Shown here piece after piece: positions 36,166-50,842 of a DNA stretch of 64,000 nucleotides. The position numbers and the translations under genes are program-made. The notes beneath the pieces are model-generated. The model was not told the origin of the DNA. It saw only the letters and a list, made by a program, of their open reading frames with translations, and made no database searches. Source of the stretch: the human T2T-CHM13v2.0 reference genome, Homo sapiens; the NCBI RefSeq assembly GCF_009914755.1, contig NC_060932.1; one strand, given 5' to 3'. Within the stretch, counting starts at the first letter, position 1; every line of letters starts with the position of its first letter.

Positions 36166-37197
36166 TGAAGGGGTGGCCTGCCCCTCCACACCTGTGGGTG
36201 TTTCTAGTCGGGTGGGATGAGAGACGGAGAAAAGAAATAAGACACAGAGACAAAGTATAGGGAGACAACAGTGGGTCCAGGGGACAGGCACTCAGCACAC
36301 CTAGGACCTGCACCGGCACCGGCCTCTGAGTTCCCTCAGTTTTTATTGATTATGATTTTCATTATTTCAGCACAAAGGAATGCAGTAGGGGAGCAGGGTG
36401 ATAATAAGGGGAAGGTCAACAACAACAACAAAAAACAAACACGTGAGCAAAAGAATCCATATCATTATTAAGTTCAAGGGAAGGTACTATGCCTGGACGT
36501 GCACGTAGGCCAGATTTATGTTTCTCTCCACACAAATATCTCAGCGGAGTAAAGAAAGCAAGGCAGCATTACTGCCAACATGTCTCACCTCCCGCCACAG
36601 GGCAGCTTTTCTCCGAGCTCAGAGTTGAACAAATGTACGATCGGGCTTTACACCGAGACATTCAGTTCCCAGGGGCAAGCAGGAGACAGTGGCCTTCCTC
36701 CATCTGAACTGCAAGAGGCGTTCCTCTTTGACTAATCCACCTCAGCACAGACCCATTGCAGGTGTCAGGCTGGGGGACATTCAGGACTTTCCCATCCCAC
36801 GAGGCCATATTTCAGACTGTCACATGGGGAGAAACCTTGGACAATACCCTGCTTTCAAGGGCAGAGGTCCCTGTGGCTTTCCACGGTACATTGCGCCCCT
36901 GGTTTATTGAGACTAGAGAATGGCAATGACTTCTACCAAGTATACTGCTCGTAAACATTTGGTTAACAAGGCGCGTCCTGCACAGCCCTAGATCCCTTAA
37001 ACCTCGATTTTATACAACACAGGTTTTTGTGAGCTCCAAGTTGGGTCAAAGGAAGGGGCTGCGGCAAAGCTACAAATGATCAACATCTCAGTAAAGCAAT
37101 TGTTTAAAGTACAGGTCTTTTTCAAAATGGAGTCTCTTATGTCTTCCCCTTCTACATAGACACAGTGACAGTCTGATCTCTCTTTCTTTACCCTACA
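36166..37197 (-). mobile_element. Solo LTR5A-like LTR, unit 5
   Basis: As unit 1; TSD TCCAAG. Confidence 0.9.
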
Positions 37198-38945
37198 TCC
37201 AAGGGCTTGAACATTTCTTGATTTGTTGGCAATCCAAATCGTTACGTCTCCGAAACAGAGTTGACTGAGGAGACCGCAGGGCTGGGCAGGACCTTTGACT
37301 TCCTATACATCCACAGGAGCAAGAAAACCTCAGCCCCACTCTACCAACACGCACCTAGTAAAATTCCGCCAACCGAATCTCACGCACGCTAACACGTGGG
37401 GAGCGTTGCTTGCACCACGAGTCCCCATTTGGCTCAACCGCCGATGCCAAGTGTGTGGTTCCAGTTGCGACGGCCCCCCGTGAAGTGGCTTCCGGATGTG
37501 CGAAGGAACCAGGCAGAGTTTCACTGGCCAAATAGACCCCAGCAAAGCTGAAGTTAACTCCCACATTTGGGATGTACTTCAGAGGTAAAACATTCATCCC
37601 GTCTTCTTTCCGGATGTCTGACACCATGGTTCTCCCCCTGATCCTAAGAGTAGCTGAGGCAGAGACTCACTAAAAGATCTAGGCGGGGATATCCCATCAT
37701 GCACAGGCTCTCTCCATTCTCTGACCTGGGACCAACTCTCAGCAGGATTCCACATCTAGGAGGCCTCGGAACTCAGCGGGATTTTCTGAGACACACCAAC
37801 TGGCTGCTCCCTCTCCGCCGCTGTTGAGGGTCGTTATCTTGATTATCCAGATCAACTAGAAAGTATCCGTATCCAGAATGAATAAGATCAACTCTCTGCT
37901 CCTCTGACAGCAGAAGGAGCAGGACCGTAAGGAACCAAAGAGCGTGGAAGGAAACGATGTGACAGGAAAGCTCAGAGAACGGCCACAGGGGGTCGTCAGC
38001 AGGCCTTCCAACCTGAATCATGAATAATTAATGAAGCGCAAATCAAAGGGGACTCGAGTTTCAGCAGGAGCAATTCATCCAACGGGAGATCGCCGGAGGG
38101 CCAACAACATTGAGTGACTGGGAGCCGGGTGCAGTGTCAAAGGGGACGCGACTGGTTCCAAAGCTCGAGAAGACCATGGGGTCACTTGGGCTACATGAGA
38201 AAACGCCCCAGTGTGCTGGTTCATCATTCCGACTCCTGCCTGTCTCTTCCCGTCCAAGGAACATGGACCCTAAGTCGTGCAGGTGCGGATGACCATGGGC
38301 AGAATTAGGGGCCGTGGCACAAAAGTTCACCGACACGGGAGTTCCACAGAAGGTGCGGTGGATCTTCGCAAATCCAGAGACATGGCAATGGGACCCAGGG
38401 AATTAGAGCCTCACAGGCGTCCGGGAGACTTTTCAGGCATAATGCCTGGAGTCGCAAGACGAGCTGAAAAAGGAGCCAGGCACTGAAGGACAAAGCGTTG
38501 TTGACTTTCCTCATCTGTGTTTCCCAGTGCGGTCCAATTCACGGTGGTTTCCAAGCGCCTCCTGGGGGAGAAAACACATGAGGGTGCGGTCAGGGTTCTC
38601 TGCTGACAGACTTACCTTGGGGAAGAAAGAGAAGCTCTGAAGATGGATCATGGCCGTGACTGCATGTCAAGGAGAGTCTCCTTGATGACACTGAGGCCTA
38701 CGTCGAGATAGACAAAATGTGGTCCAATTAAAAGGTGTCTATTTTACCACATTTTTTAAAACAAAACAAAACAAAACAACAAAAAAGATGGAAAAGAAGA
38801 CAGGGGTACAGGCACCAGTGTTACATGTCTGACGGGGAACATCTATTGTTCAAAGCTTGCAGCTGTACAAGTAGGTTTTAGAATGTCTGTCAGCAGTGGA
38901 CATGATCTTAGAGTGGGCTGTGCAGATAGACCTTTCCAGGTCATG

Positions 38946-39035
38946 TAATTGGATTAAGTTAATTGCAATTAAGGTACAGGTAACTGATTAGGTTAGGGTA
39001 CGTTCCATGTCAGGTGACCAGAGGCAGTATAAAAG
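38946..39035 (+). promoter_or_regulatory. FAM90A promoter, unit 6
   Basis: Same motif cluster as 712-801. Confidence 0.7.
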
Positions 39036-40185
39036 GCAGCCTGGAAAGCGGAGGTCCCTCTCTGCCCCTTCCTCCGTCGTCCTGGATGCTGCATCGCTTC
39101 CAGCCGGGCTGCTGCAGCACCTGCCCATCTCAGCGCCAGCCTGGGAAAGAACGTAGACGTGTAATTTCAGGTTAGTTTCGCTGAACAATTGTTTGTTTCA
39201 CGCAATCCCTGAGGGGTATTTGCGGGGGGTGTGGGGGAGGAAGAGACAAAGGAGGCCGAAAGAAACCGATCACACTGGGGCTTGCTGGTGGGGTAGGATG
39301 TGTTCTCGTTACTAGTAATTCTTGGAACAGAAAACGAGAAAACATATCCGTCTCCACGTGTGGGAGAAGACCAAGATGGGAATGCGAAAAGAAATGTACT
39401 GCAGCATGCTGAATTGGTGGGTAAATGGAAAAAGGACTTTGGAAAAAAGGGGGTTTGCCCTTCAGCCGTGTAAGACGTCGATACGATACGGCACTTCTTC
39501 CCCGTTTGTTCAGATGAATTCGTGTGGTGTGCGTAAAATACCAGGAAAATAAATAAAGAGGGGCTGGAGCTAAAGCCAAAAGATAGAACAGGAAAGACCA
39601 TCACCTGCTAGTGCGGTAGAGAGGAAGGTAACTTCTCTGTATGAATTTGTGTTTGGAAGTTGCCTAATGAAACGGCAAGAGTGGCGATTCAAGTTGTCAC
39701 AGGAAGCATTCCTTATCCCTGACTTCAAGCAGACCTGCCAAAGGGTGGCACACGCCATGCCCTGTGTCTTCGATCATTCTGTCCGTCAAGGGAGATAGAA
39801 TCACCGTGTCTTCTACCGGAGTGAATCGTGAGAGACCTAAGTCCAGTCTCCAGAATCAGTTGTTTGTTTGGGGTTGAAAGCTCAACCCCCCATACCTAGG
39901 CCACGGGCCCTGTGGCAGGTGGGGTTTACTCTTGGACTAGGTAGTCATGGCAGAGGAACACACAATATCCGAGGATGCGCACAGCACATTGTGTTCTACA
40001 GATTTGACCGACTGGTGGTGAGGTCTCCTCATGACCACACAGGCAGGGAGTTAGCAGGTGGCTTCCTGTGGGTGTGTGAATATCCAACGTGCTTAACCAT
40101 CGACATGTGTGTGTTTGTGTGTGTTTCAGGTGGCCCAACAGTCCACCCCTGAAAAAGGCGGTCATAAAACCCCCAGGAGACGAAG

Positions 40186-43100
40186 ATGATGGCACGTCGG
40201 GACCCCAAATCTTGGGCCAAGAGACTGGTGAGAGCCCAGACCCTCCAGAAGCAGCGGAGGGCCCCAGTTGGGCCAAGGGCTCCCCCGCCCGATGAAGAAG
40301 ATCCCAGGGTAAGTCTAGCCCTGGATCTCTTGGGTATCGGGGTGGGGGTGGGGACGGGGGGAGGGGGTGTCCCACGGTCCTCAGAGACTGGGTTGGATTC
40401 CAAAGAGTTCTGTCACCACCAGCCAGGTTGCTTTTCCCATCCAAGGTGGGCGTGGCTTGGGACCTTCTCCCCGGCCCGATAGGTCCCTTGAGAGACTCTT
40501 GGGGGCAACCTCCCTTTCTACTTAGAGTCCTGTGTAGCCACGTTTGGCTGCGTTGTTGACATCGGCTTCACCATCGTGCCCCTTGGAACCTTGAGTCCTT
40601 CCTTTCAGAGTTCCTCCGTCACATGGGCTTTGCGAGGGAACATCGTATCCGAAGTCTCCCAGCACTTAACGGCCCCCATGCCGGTGTCCCCTCTTTGGAA
40701 TCCTTATTCAGCTCTGAATTCACAATCCGTCCCAATGTTGACGTGGGATCGCTGCCTGTGGCTTCAGCTCACTCACTGACATCACTTCCTTTCCACCCAC
40801 AGCTCAAGTGCAAAAACTGCGGGGCCTTTGGCCACACGGCCAGAAGTACCAGGTGCCCCATGAAGTGCTGGAAGGCAGCCCTGGTTCCAGCGACCTTGGG
40901 GAAAAAGGAAGGGAAGGAAAACCTGAAACCACGGAAGCCCCGGGGTGAAGCCAACCCGGGGCCCTTGAACAAGGATAAGGGAGAGAAGGAAGAGAGACCA
41001 AGGTGAGCAGTGGGAGGGGTTTTCACCACTCTTAGGGTACGGCCTCCTAAGGACATGGTGCCTCTGCACCTGCACACCGTGTGCCTTTCCGTCTCCGGGC
41101 CAGGGAAGGAACGCTGCAGAGAAATAGGCCGGAGCTCCGTGTCCTCCGGGGTTCCACACCCAGGAGCTCCTTGGGCTCTGGGAGATTCAGGGACGGGGAG
41201 AGGCGGGGGCGCTTCGTGCAGGTTCCCCACGACAGCGGGAAAAGCGATGGAATCCAAATCACAGTCCTTAGCTGGGAAGCCTAGAGGGCCACCTGGAGGA
41301 TGGGAAGGTTGGCACGTGAGGGAAGGTGCAGAGGCGGAAAGGGCACCAGATGTCCATTTCTGTATCACAAAACACGGAATGGGGCTGGGCCCCAGACGGG
41401 GTTCTCCCTGTCTCCTGGGGAAAACCAGGGGGCACGGCCTGACCTTCTTCTGTTCTGCAGGCAACAAGACCCGCAGAGGAAGGCTCTCCTCCACATGTTT
41501 TCCGGGAAACCTCCAGAGAAGCCGCTGCCGAATGGAAAAGGATCCACGGAATCTTCTGATTATCTGAGGGCGAGTGTCACCCCGGGCCCCTGGTCTTTTT
41601 CTCCTCTAGGTCACCCTGGTTGATTTCCTTTCAGCTTCCCGTCTGCGGGAGGAAATCGGGGAACCCCTCTTTCTTGCCTTCTTGGGGTCAGGGACTCCAC
41701 GATCCTTCCAGGTCAATTGGATTCCAGGCGAAGGCATCTGAACATGCCGTATTTCCTGTTGCTTTCTTTCTGTCCAATTATGGCAAGCCTGCCAACAACA
41801 CGTTCCTAGCGGCATGAGGAAATTAGTCCCTCAGAGGCCCCAAACGTGGAGAAGGCGAAACCCAGGAACATGCATGTGTTCAGAGAAGACGTCCCGAGTA
41901 CCCTTGAGCCAGCAACCTGCCTTGGGAAGGGCATTAGTCCGTTCCACTTCATGGAAGGCTGAGTGGAGGCGCTTTGATCCAGTTAATGCCCAAGACGCGA
42001 TCTTTTGAACAATGGTGTGCTTAGATCAGCTACACATAGCTCGAGAGCGCATCTTTCATGTGTCTTGTCCTGATCAGCACTCAGGTGGAGGGTCTGTCCC
42101 TACTTCCAAGGACCGCCTGTCGATACTGTACTAAGAATTTCATGGCGTGTGCACCTTGTCTTTGGATGTGCTTGATTTTCACGTTGGCTCCATGCTGAGG
42201 AACTTCTAACCTGTGTTGTTTCCTCTCTTTCAGGTTGCAAGCGGGCCAATGCCGGTCCACACAACCAGTAAGAGGCCGCGCTTGGACCCTGTCCTCGCTG
42301 ATCGCTCCGCAACCGAAATGTCTGGCAGGGGCTCCGTCTTGGCTTCACTGTCTCCCCTCAGAAAAGCCAGCCTGAGCTCCTCCTCAAGTCTTGGACCAAA
42401 GGAAAGACAGACTGGGGCTGCGGCCGACATGCCTCAGCCTGCAGTCAGGCACCAGGGCCGCGAGCCTCTCCTCGTGGTGAAGCCGACACACAGCCGCCCC
42501 GAGGGTGGCTGCCGAGAAGTTCCCCAGGCTGCCTCCAAAACCCACGGCCTGCTCCAGGCCTCCAGACCCCAGGCACAAGACAAACGTCCTGCGGTGACCC
42601 CACAGCCCTGCCCGCCAGCCGCCACACACAGCTTGGGCCTAGGCTCCAATCTCAGCTTCGGGCCAGGAGCCAAGAGACCTGCCCAGGCTCCGATTCAGGC
42701 TTGCCTGAACTTCCCCAAGAAACCGAGACTGGGTCCCTTCCAGATCCCCGAAAGCGCCATCCAGGGAGGTGAGCTGGGGGCCCCGGAGAATCTCCAACCT
42801 CCGCCAGCCGCAACCGAACTTGGACCAAGTACGTCGCCCCAGATGGGCAGGAGGACACCGGCCCAGGTGCCCAGCGTCGACCGGCAGCCTCCGCACAGCA
42901 GACCTTGCCTGCCTACTGCCCAGGCCTGCACCATGTCCCATCACTCAGCGGCCGGCCATGATGGGGCCCAGCCTCTCAGAGTGCTCTTCCGGAGACTGGA
43001 AAACGGACGCTGGAGCTCCAGCCTCCTGGCGGCCCCCTCATTTCACTCTCCTGAGAAGCCGGGAGCCTTTCTCGCTCAGAGCCCTCATGTGTCAGAGAAG

Positions 43101-43196
43101 TCTGAGGCTCCCTGTGTTCGTGTCCCACCGAGCGTCCTCTATGAGGACCTTCAGGTTTCCTCCTCCTCAGAGGAGAGCGATTCTGACCTGGAGTGA
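40186..43196 (+). CDS. FAM90A: FAM90A copy 6, 464 aa; exons 40186-40308, 40803-41002, 41461-41569, 42234-43196
   Basis: As copy 1; open frame; GC donor at 41570. Confidence 0.93.
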
Positions 43197-43810
43197 GACT
43201 GCAGGTGGCAGGGGCTCCTTGGCCTCCAGCTCCCGTGACTTGGAGGGGACTGTGGGACTGAGGAGCGCAGAGCAGAGAGCACACTCTGTGCGGTGACTCC
43301 GAAGCTCCCCGGCTGTGGCGCTTCTGTGGATGTGGGAGCCCAGGCCAGGCAGGGAGCAGATGCAGGGACTCTGCCTCATTGAATTCTGGTGAGGGACGTT
43401 GTAGTTGGCGTGGTTCTCCCGAAACGCGCCAGGAAAAGCTTCCGTGCCAGAGATTCGTTGCCTCAGAAACTGCGTGACGCGCAGGAGTCAGACTTCCGCT
43501 GGGACGTCAATAGGAAACTGGGGAATTACTGTGTATTTGCTGTCTAGATGACTGAATAAGGGAAAAGTTAGGGAACCCTGAGAGGTGCAGCCCTTCCGCT
43601 GTGCCCCGCCCTGAGAGCAGTGTTTCGGACGCTGGGAAGCGTGCTGTGCGAAGCGCTCTCGGGGTCTTTCCTCAGCCTCGAAAACTGGGCTCTGGAATGC
43701 CTTTGTACATATGTGTGTTTAATGTGTTTTGAAGTGAATAAAATTCTCAAAAAGATGACATATTGTCTTTTGACTCTCATTCCGTGTTTGTGTGTAACTG
43801 ATTTTCCAAG

Positions 43811-44842
43811 TGAAGGGGTGGCCTGCCCCTCCACACCTGTGGGTGTTTCTAGTCGGGTGGGATGAGAGACGGAGAAAAGAAATAAGACACAGAGACAAAG
43901 TATAGGGAGACAACAGTGGGTCCAGGGGACAGGCACTCAGCACACCTAGGACCTGCACCGGCACCGGCCTCTGAGTTCCCTCAGTTTTTATTGATTATGA
44001 TTTTCATTATTTCAGCACAAAGGAATGCAGTAGGGGAGCAGGGTGATAATAAGGGGAAGGTCAACAACAACAACAAAAAACAAACACGTGAGCAAAAGAA
44101 TCCATATCATTATTAAGTTCAAGGGAAGGTACTATGCCTGGACGTGCACGTAGGCCAGATTTATGTTTCTCTCCACACAAATATCTCAGCGGAGTAAAGA
44201 AAGCAAGGCAGCATTACTGCCAACATGTCTCACCTCCCGCCACAGGGCAGCTTTTCTCCGAGCTCAGAGTTGAACAAATGTACGATCGGGCTTTACACCG
44301 AGACATTCAGTTCCCAGGGGCAAGCAGGAGACAGTGGCCTTCCTCCATCTGAACTGCAAGAGGCGTTCCTCTTTGACTAATCCACCTCAGCACAGACCCA
44401 TTGCAGGTGTCAGGCTGGGGGACATTCAGGACTTTCCCATCCCACGAGGCCATATTTCAGACTGTCACATGGGGAGAAACCTTGGACAATACCCTGCTTT
44501 CAAGGGCAGAGGTCCCTGTGGCTTTCCACGGTACATTGCGCCCCTGGTTTATTGAGACTAGAGAATGGCAATGACTTCTACCAAGTATACTGCTCGTAAA
44601 CATTTGGTTAACAAGGCGCGTCCTGCACAGCCCTAGATCCCTTAAACCTCGATTTTATACAACACAGGTTTTTGTGAGCTCCAAGTTGGGTCAAAGGAAG
44701 GGGCTGCGGCAAAGCTACAAATGATCAACATCTCAGTAAAGCAATTGTTTAAAGTACAGGTCTTTTTCAAAATGGAGTCTCTTATGTCTTCCCCTTCTAC
44801 ATAGACACAGTGACAGTCTGATCTCTCTTTCTTTACCCTACA
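43811..44842 (-). mobile_element. Solo LTR5A-like LTR, unit 6
   Basis: As unit 1; TSD TCCAAG. Confidence 0.9.
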
Positions 44843-46590
44843 TCCAAGGGCTTGAACATTTCTTGATTTGTTGGCAATCCAAATCGTTACGTCTCCGAAA
44901 CAGAGTTGACTGAGGGGACCGCAGGGCTGGGCAGGACCTTTGACTTCCTATACATCCACAGGAGCAAGAAAACCTCAGCCCCACTCTACCAACACGCACC
45001 TAGTAAAATTCCGCCAACCGAATCTCACGCACGCTAACACGTGGGGAGCGTTGCTTGCACCACGAGTCCCCATTTGGCTCAACCGCCGATGCCAAGTGTG
45101 TGGTTCCAGTTGCGACGGCCCCCCGTGAAGTGGCTTCCGGATGTGCGAAGGAACCAGGCAGAGTTTCACTGGCCAAATAGACCCCAGCAAAGCTGAAGTT
45201 AACTCCCACATTTGGGATGTACTTCAGAGGTAAAACATTCATCCCGTCTTCTTTCCGGATGTCTGACACCATGGTTCTCCCCCTGATCCTAAGAGTAGCT
45301 GAGGCAGAGACTCACTAAAAGATCTAGGCGGGGATATCCCATCATGCACAGGCTCTCTCCATTCTCTGACCTGGGACCAACTCTCAGCAGGATTCCACAT
45401 CTAGGAGGCCTCGGAACTCAGCGGGATTTTCTGAGACACACCAACTGGCTGCTCCCTCTCCGCCGCTGTTGAGGGTCGTTATCTTGATTATCCAGATCAA
45501 CTAGAAAGTATCCGTATCCAGAATGAATAAGATCAACTCTCTGCTCCTCTGACAGCAGAAGGAGCAGGACCGTAAGGAACCAAAGAGCGTGGAAGGAAAC
45601 GATGTGACAGGAAAGCTCAGAGAACGGCCACAGGGGGTCGTCAGCAGGCCTTCCAACCTGAATCATGAATAATTAATGAAGCGCAAATCAAAGGGGACTC
45701 GAGTTTCAGCAGGAGCAATTCATCCAACGGGAGATCGCCGGAGGGCCAACAACATTGAGTGACTGGGAGCCGGGTGCAGTGTCAAAGGGGACGCGACTGG
45801 TTCCAAAGCTCGAGAAGACCATGGGGTCACTTGGGCTACATGAGAAAACGCCCCAGTGTGCTGGTTCATCATTCCGACTCCTGCCTGTCTCTTCCCGTCC
45901 AAGGAACATGGACCCTAAGTCGTGCAGGTGCGGATGACCATGGGCAGAATTAGGGGCCGTGGCACAAAAGTTCACCGACACGGGAGTTCCACAGAAGGTG
46001 CGGTGGATCTTCGCAAATCCAGAGACATGGCAATGGGACCCAGGGAATTAGAGCCTCACAGGCGTCCGGGAGACTTTTCAGGCATAATGCCTGGAGTCGC
46101 AAGACGAGCTGAAAAAGGAGCCAGGCACTGAAGGACAAAGCGTTGTTGACTTTCCTCATCTGTGTTTCCCAGTGCGGTCCAATTCACGGTGGTTTCCAAG
46201 CGCCTCCTGGGGGAGAAAACACATGAGGGTGCGGTCAGGGTTCTCTGCTGACAGACTTACCTTGGGGAAGAAAGAGAAGCTCTGAAGATGGATCATGGCC
46301 GTGACTGCATGTCAAGGAGAGTCTCCTTGATGACACTGAGGCCTACGTCGAGATAGACAAAATGTGGTCCAATTAAAAGGTGTCTATTTTACCACATTTT
46401 TTAAAACAAAACAAAACAAAACAACAAAAAAGATGGAAAAGAAGACAGGGGTACAGGCACCAGTGTTACATGTCTGACGGGGAACATCTATTGTTCAAAG
46501 CTTGCAGCTGTACAAGTAGGTTTTAGAATGTCTGTCAGCAGTGGACATGATCTTAGAGTGGGCTGTGCAGATAGACCTTTCCAGGTCATG

Positions 46591-46680
46591 TAATTGGATT
46601 AAGTTAATTGCAATTAAGGTACAGGTAACTGATTAGGTTAGGGTACGTTCCATGTCAGGTGACCAGAGGCAGTATAAAAG
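46591..46680 (+). promoter_or_regulatory. FAM90A promoter, unit 7
   Basis: Same motif cluster as 712-801. Confidence 0.7.
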
Positions 46681-47831
46681 GCAGCCTGGAAAGCGGAGGT
46701 CCCTCTCTGCCCCTTCCTCCGTCGTCCTGGATGCTGCATCGCTTCCAGCCGGGCTGCTGCAGCACCTGCCCATCTCAGCGCCAGCCTGGGAAAGAACGTA
46801 GACGTGTAATTTCAGGTTAGTTTCGCTGAACAATTGTTTGTTTCACGCAATCCCTGAGGGGTATTTGCGGGGGGTGTGGGGGAGGAAGAGACAAAGGAGG
46901 CCGAAAGAAACCGATCACACTGGGGCTTGCTGGTGGGGTAGGATGTGTTCTCGTTACTAGTAATTCTTGGAACAGAAAACGAGAAAACATATCCGTCTCC
47001 ACGTGTGGGAGAAGACCAAGATGGGAATGCGAAAAGAAATGTACTGCAGCATGCTGAATTGATGGGTAAATGGAAAAAGGACTTTGGAAAAAAGGGGGGT
47101 TTGCCCTTCAGCCATGTAAGACGTCGATACGATACGGCACTTCTTCCCCGTTTGTTCAGATGAATTCGTGTGGTGTGCGTAAAATACCAGGAAAATAAAT
47201 AAAGAGGGGCTGGAGCTAAAGCCAAAAGATAGAACAGGAAAGACCATCACCTGCTAGTGCGGTAGAGAGGAAGGTAACTTCTCTGTATGAATTTGTGTTT
47301 GGAAGTTGCCTAATGAAATGGCAAGAGTAGCGATTCAAGTTGTCACAGGAAGCATCCCTTATCCGTGACTTCAAGCAGACCTGCCAAAGGGTGGCACACG
47401 CCATGCCCTGTGTCTTCGATCATTCTGTCCGTCAAGGGAGATAGAATCACCGTGTCTTCTACCGGAGTGAATCGTGAGAGACCGAAGTCCAGTCTCCAGA
47501 ATCAGTTGTTTGTTTGGGGTTGAAAGCTCAACCCCCCATACCTAGGCCACGGGCCCTGTGGCAGGTGGGGTTTACTCTTGGACTAGGTAGTCATGGCAGA
47601 GGAACACACAATATCCGAGGATGCGCACAGCACATTGTGTTCTACAGATTTGACCGACTGGTGGTGAGGTCTCCTCATGACCACACAGGCAGGGAGTTAG
47701 CAGGTGGCTTCCTGTGGGTGTGTGAATATCCAACGTGCTTAACCATCGACATGTGTGTGTTTGTGTGTGTTTCAGGTGGCCCAACAGTCCACCCCTGAAA
47801 AAGGCGGTCATAAAACCCCCAGGAGACGAAG

Positions 47832-50800
47832 ATGATGGCACGTCGGGACCCCAAATCTTGGGCCAAGAGACTGGTGAGAGCCCAGACCCTCCAGAAGCAG
47901 CGGAGGGCCCCAGTTGGGCCAAGGGCTCCCCCGCCCGATGAAGAAGATCCCAGGGTAAGTCTAGCCCTGGATCTCTTGGGTATCGGGGTGGGGGTGGGGA
48001 CGGGGGGAGGGGGTGTCCCACGGTCCTCAGAGACTGGGTTGGATTCCAAAGAGTTCTGTCACCACCAGCCAGGTTGCTTTTCCCATCCAAGGTGGGCGTG
48101 GCTTGGGACCTTCTCCCCGGCCCGATAGGTCCCTTGAGAGACTCTTGGGGGCAACCTCCCTTTCTACTTCGAGTCCTGTGTAGCCACGTTTGGCTGCGTT
48201 GTTGACATCGGCTTCACCATCGTGCCCCTTGGAACCTTGAGTCCTTCCTTTCAGAGTTCCTCCGTCACATGGGCTTTGCGAGGGAACATCGTATCCGAAG
48301 TCTCCCAGCACTTAACGGCCCCCATGCCGGTGTCCCCTCTTTGGAATCCTTATTCAGCTCTGAATTCACAATCCGTCCCAATGTTGACGTGGGATCGCTG
48401 CCTGTGGCTTCAGCTCACTCACTGACATCACTTCCTTTCCACCCACAGCTCAAGTGCAAAAACTGCGGGGCCTTTGGCCACACGGCCAGAAGTACCAGGT
48501 GCCCCATGAAGTGCTGGAAGGCAGCCCTGGTTCCAGCGACCTTGGGGAAAAAGGAAGGGAAGGAAAACCTGAAACCACGGAAGCCCCGGGGTGAAGCCAA
48601 CCCGGGGCCCTTGAACAAGGATAAGGGAGAGAAGGAAGAGAGACCAAGGTGAGCAGTGGGAGGGGTTTTCACCACTCTTAGGGTACGGCCTCCTAAGGAC
48701 ATGGTGCCTCTGCACCTGCACACCGTGTGCCTTTCCGTCTCCGGGCCAGGGAAGGAACGCTGCAGAGAAATAGGCCGGAGCTCCGTGTCCTCCGGGGTTC
48801 CACACCCAGGAGCTCCTTGGGCTCTGGGAGATTCAGGGACGGGGAGAGGCGGGGGCGCTTCGTGCAGGTTCCCCACGACAGCGGGAAAAGCGATGGAATC
48901 CAAATCACAGTCCTTAGCTGGGAAGCCTAGAGGGCCACCTGGAGGATGGGAAGGTTGGCACGTGAGGGAAGGTGCAGAGGCGGAAAGGGCACCAGATGTC
49001 CATTTCTGTATCACAAAACACGGAATGGGGCTGGGCCCCAGACGGGGTTCTCCCTGTCTCCTGGGGAAAACCAGGGGGCACGGCCTGACCTTCTTCTGTT
49101 CTGCAGGCAACAAGACCCGCAGAGGAAGGCTCTCCTCCACATGTTTTCCGGGAAACCTCCAGAGAAGCCGCTGCCGAATGGAAAAGGATCCACGGAATCT
49201 TCTGATTATCTGAGGGCGAGTGTCACCCCGGGCCCCTGGTCTTTTTCTCCTCTAGGTCACCCTGGTTGATTTCCTTTCAGCTTCCCGTCTGCGGGAGGAA
49301 ATCGGGGAACCCCTCTTTCTTGCCTTCTTGGGGTCAGGGACTCCACGATCCTTCCAGGTCAATTGGATTCCAGGCGAAGGCATCTGAACATGCCGTATTT
49401 CCTGTTGCTTTCTTTCTGTCCAATTATGGCAAGCCTGCCAACAACACGTTCCTAGCGGCATGAGGAAATTAGTCCCTCAGAGGCCCCAAACGTGGAGAAG
49501 GCGAAACCCAGGAACATGCATGTGTTCAGAGAAGACGTCCCGAGTACCCTTGAGCCAGCAACCTGCCTTGGGAAGGGCATTAGTCCGTTCCACTTCATGG
49601 AAGGCTGAGTGGAGGCGCTTTGATCCAGTTAATGCCCAAGACGCGATCTTTTGAACAATGGTGTGCTTAGATCAGCTACACATAGCTCGAGAGCGCATCT
49701 TTCATGTGTCTTGTCCTGATCAGCACTCAGGTGGAGGGTCTGTCCCTACTTCCAAGGACCGCCTGTCGATACTGTACTAAGAATTTCATGGCGTGTGCAC
49801 CTTGTCTTTGGATGTGCTTGATTTTCACGTTGGCTCCATGCTGAGGAACTTCTAACCTGTGTTGTTTCCTCTCTTTCAGGTTGCAAGCGGGCCAATGCCG
49901 GTCCACACAACCAGTAAGAGGCCGCGCTTGGACCCTGTCCTCGCTGATCGCTCCGCAACCGAAATGTCTGGCAGGGGCTCCGTCTTGGCTTCACTGTCTC
50001 CCCTCAGAAAAGCCAGCCTGAGCTCCTCCTCAAGTCTTGGACCAAAGGAAAGACAGACTGGGGCTGCGGCCGACATGCCTCAGCCTGCAGTCAGGCACCA
50101 GGGCCGCGAGCCTCTCCTCGTGGTGAAGCCGACACACAGCCGCCCCGAGGGTGGCTGCCGAGAAGTTCCCCAGGCTGCCTCCAAAACCCACGGCCTGCTC
50201 CAGGCCGCCAGACCCCAGGCACAAGACAAACGTCCTGCGGTGACCTCACAGCCCTGCCCGCCAGCCGCCACACACAGCTTGGGCCTAGGCTCCAATCTCA
50301 GCTTCGGGCCAGGAGCCAAGAGACCTGCCCAGGCTCCGATTCAGGCTTGCCTGAACTTCCCCAAGAAACCGAGACTGGGTCCCTTCCAGATCCCCGAAAG
50401 CGCCATCCAGGGAGGTGAGCTGGGGACCCCGGAGAATCTCCAACCTCCGCCAGCCGCAACCGAACTTGGACCAAGTACGTCGCCCCAGATGGGCAGGAGG
50501 ACACCGGCCCAGGTGCCCAGCGTCGACCGGCAGCCTCCGCACAGCAGACCTTGCCTGCCTACTGCCCAGGCCTGCACCATGTCCCATCACTCAGCGGCCG
50601 GCCATGATGGGGCCCAGCCTCTCAGAGTGCTCTTCCGGAGACTGGAAAACGGACGCTGGAGCTCCAGCCTCCTGGCGGCCCCCTCATTTCACTCTCCTGA
50701 GAAGCCGGGAGCCTTTCTCGCTCAGAGCCCTCATGTGTCAGAGAAGTCTGAGGCTCCCTGTGTTCGTGTCCCACCGAGCGTCCTCTATGAGGACCTTCAG

Positions 50801-50842
50801 GTTTCCTCCTCCTCAGAGGACAGCGATTCTGACCTGGAGTGA
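47832..50842 (+). CDS. FAM90A: FAM90A copy 7, 464 aa; exons 47832-47954, 48449-48648, 49107-49215, 49880-50842
   Basis: As copy 1; open frame; GC donor at 49216. Confidence 0.93.
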
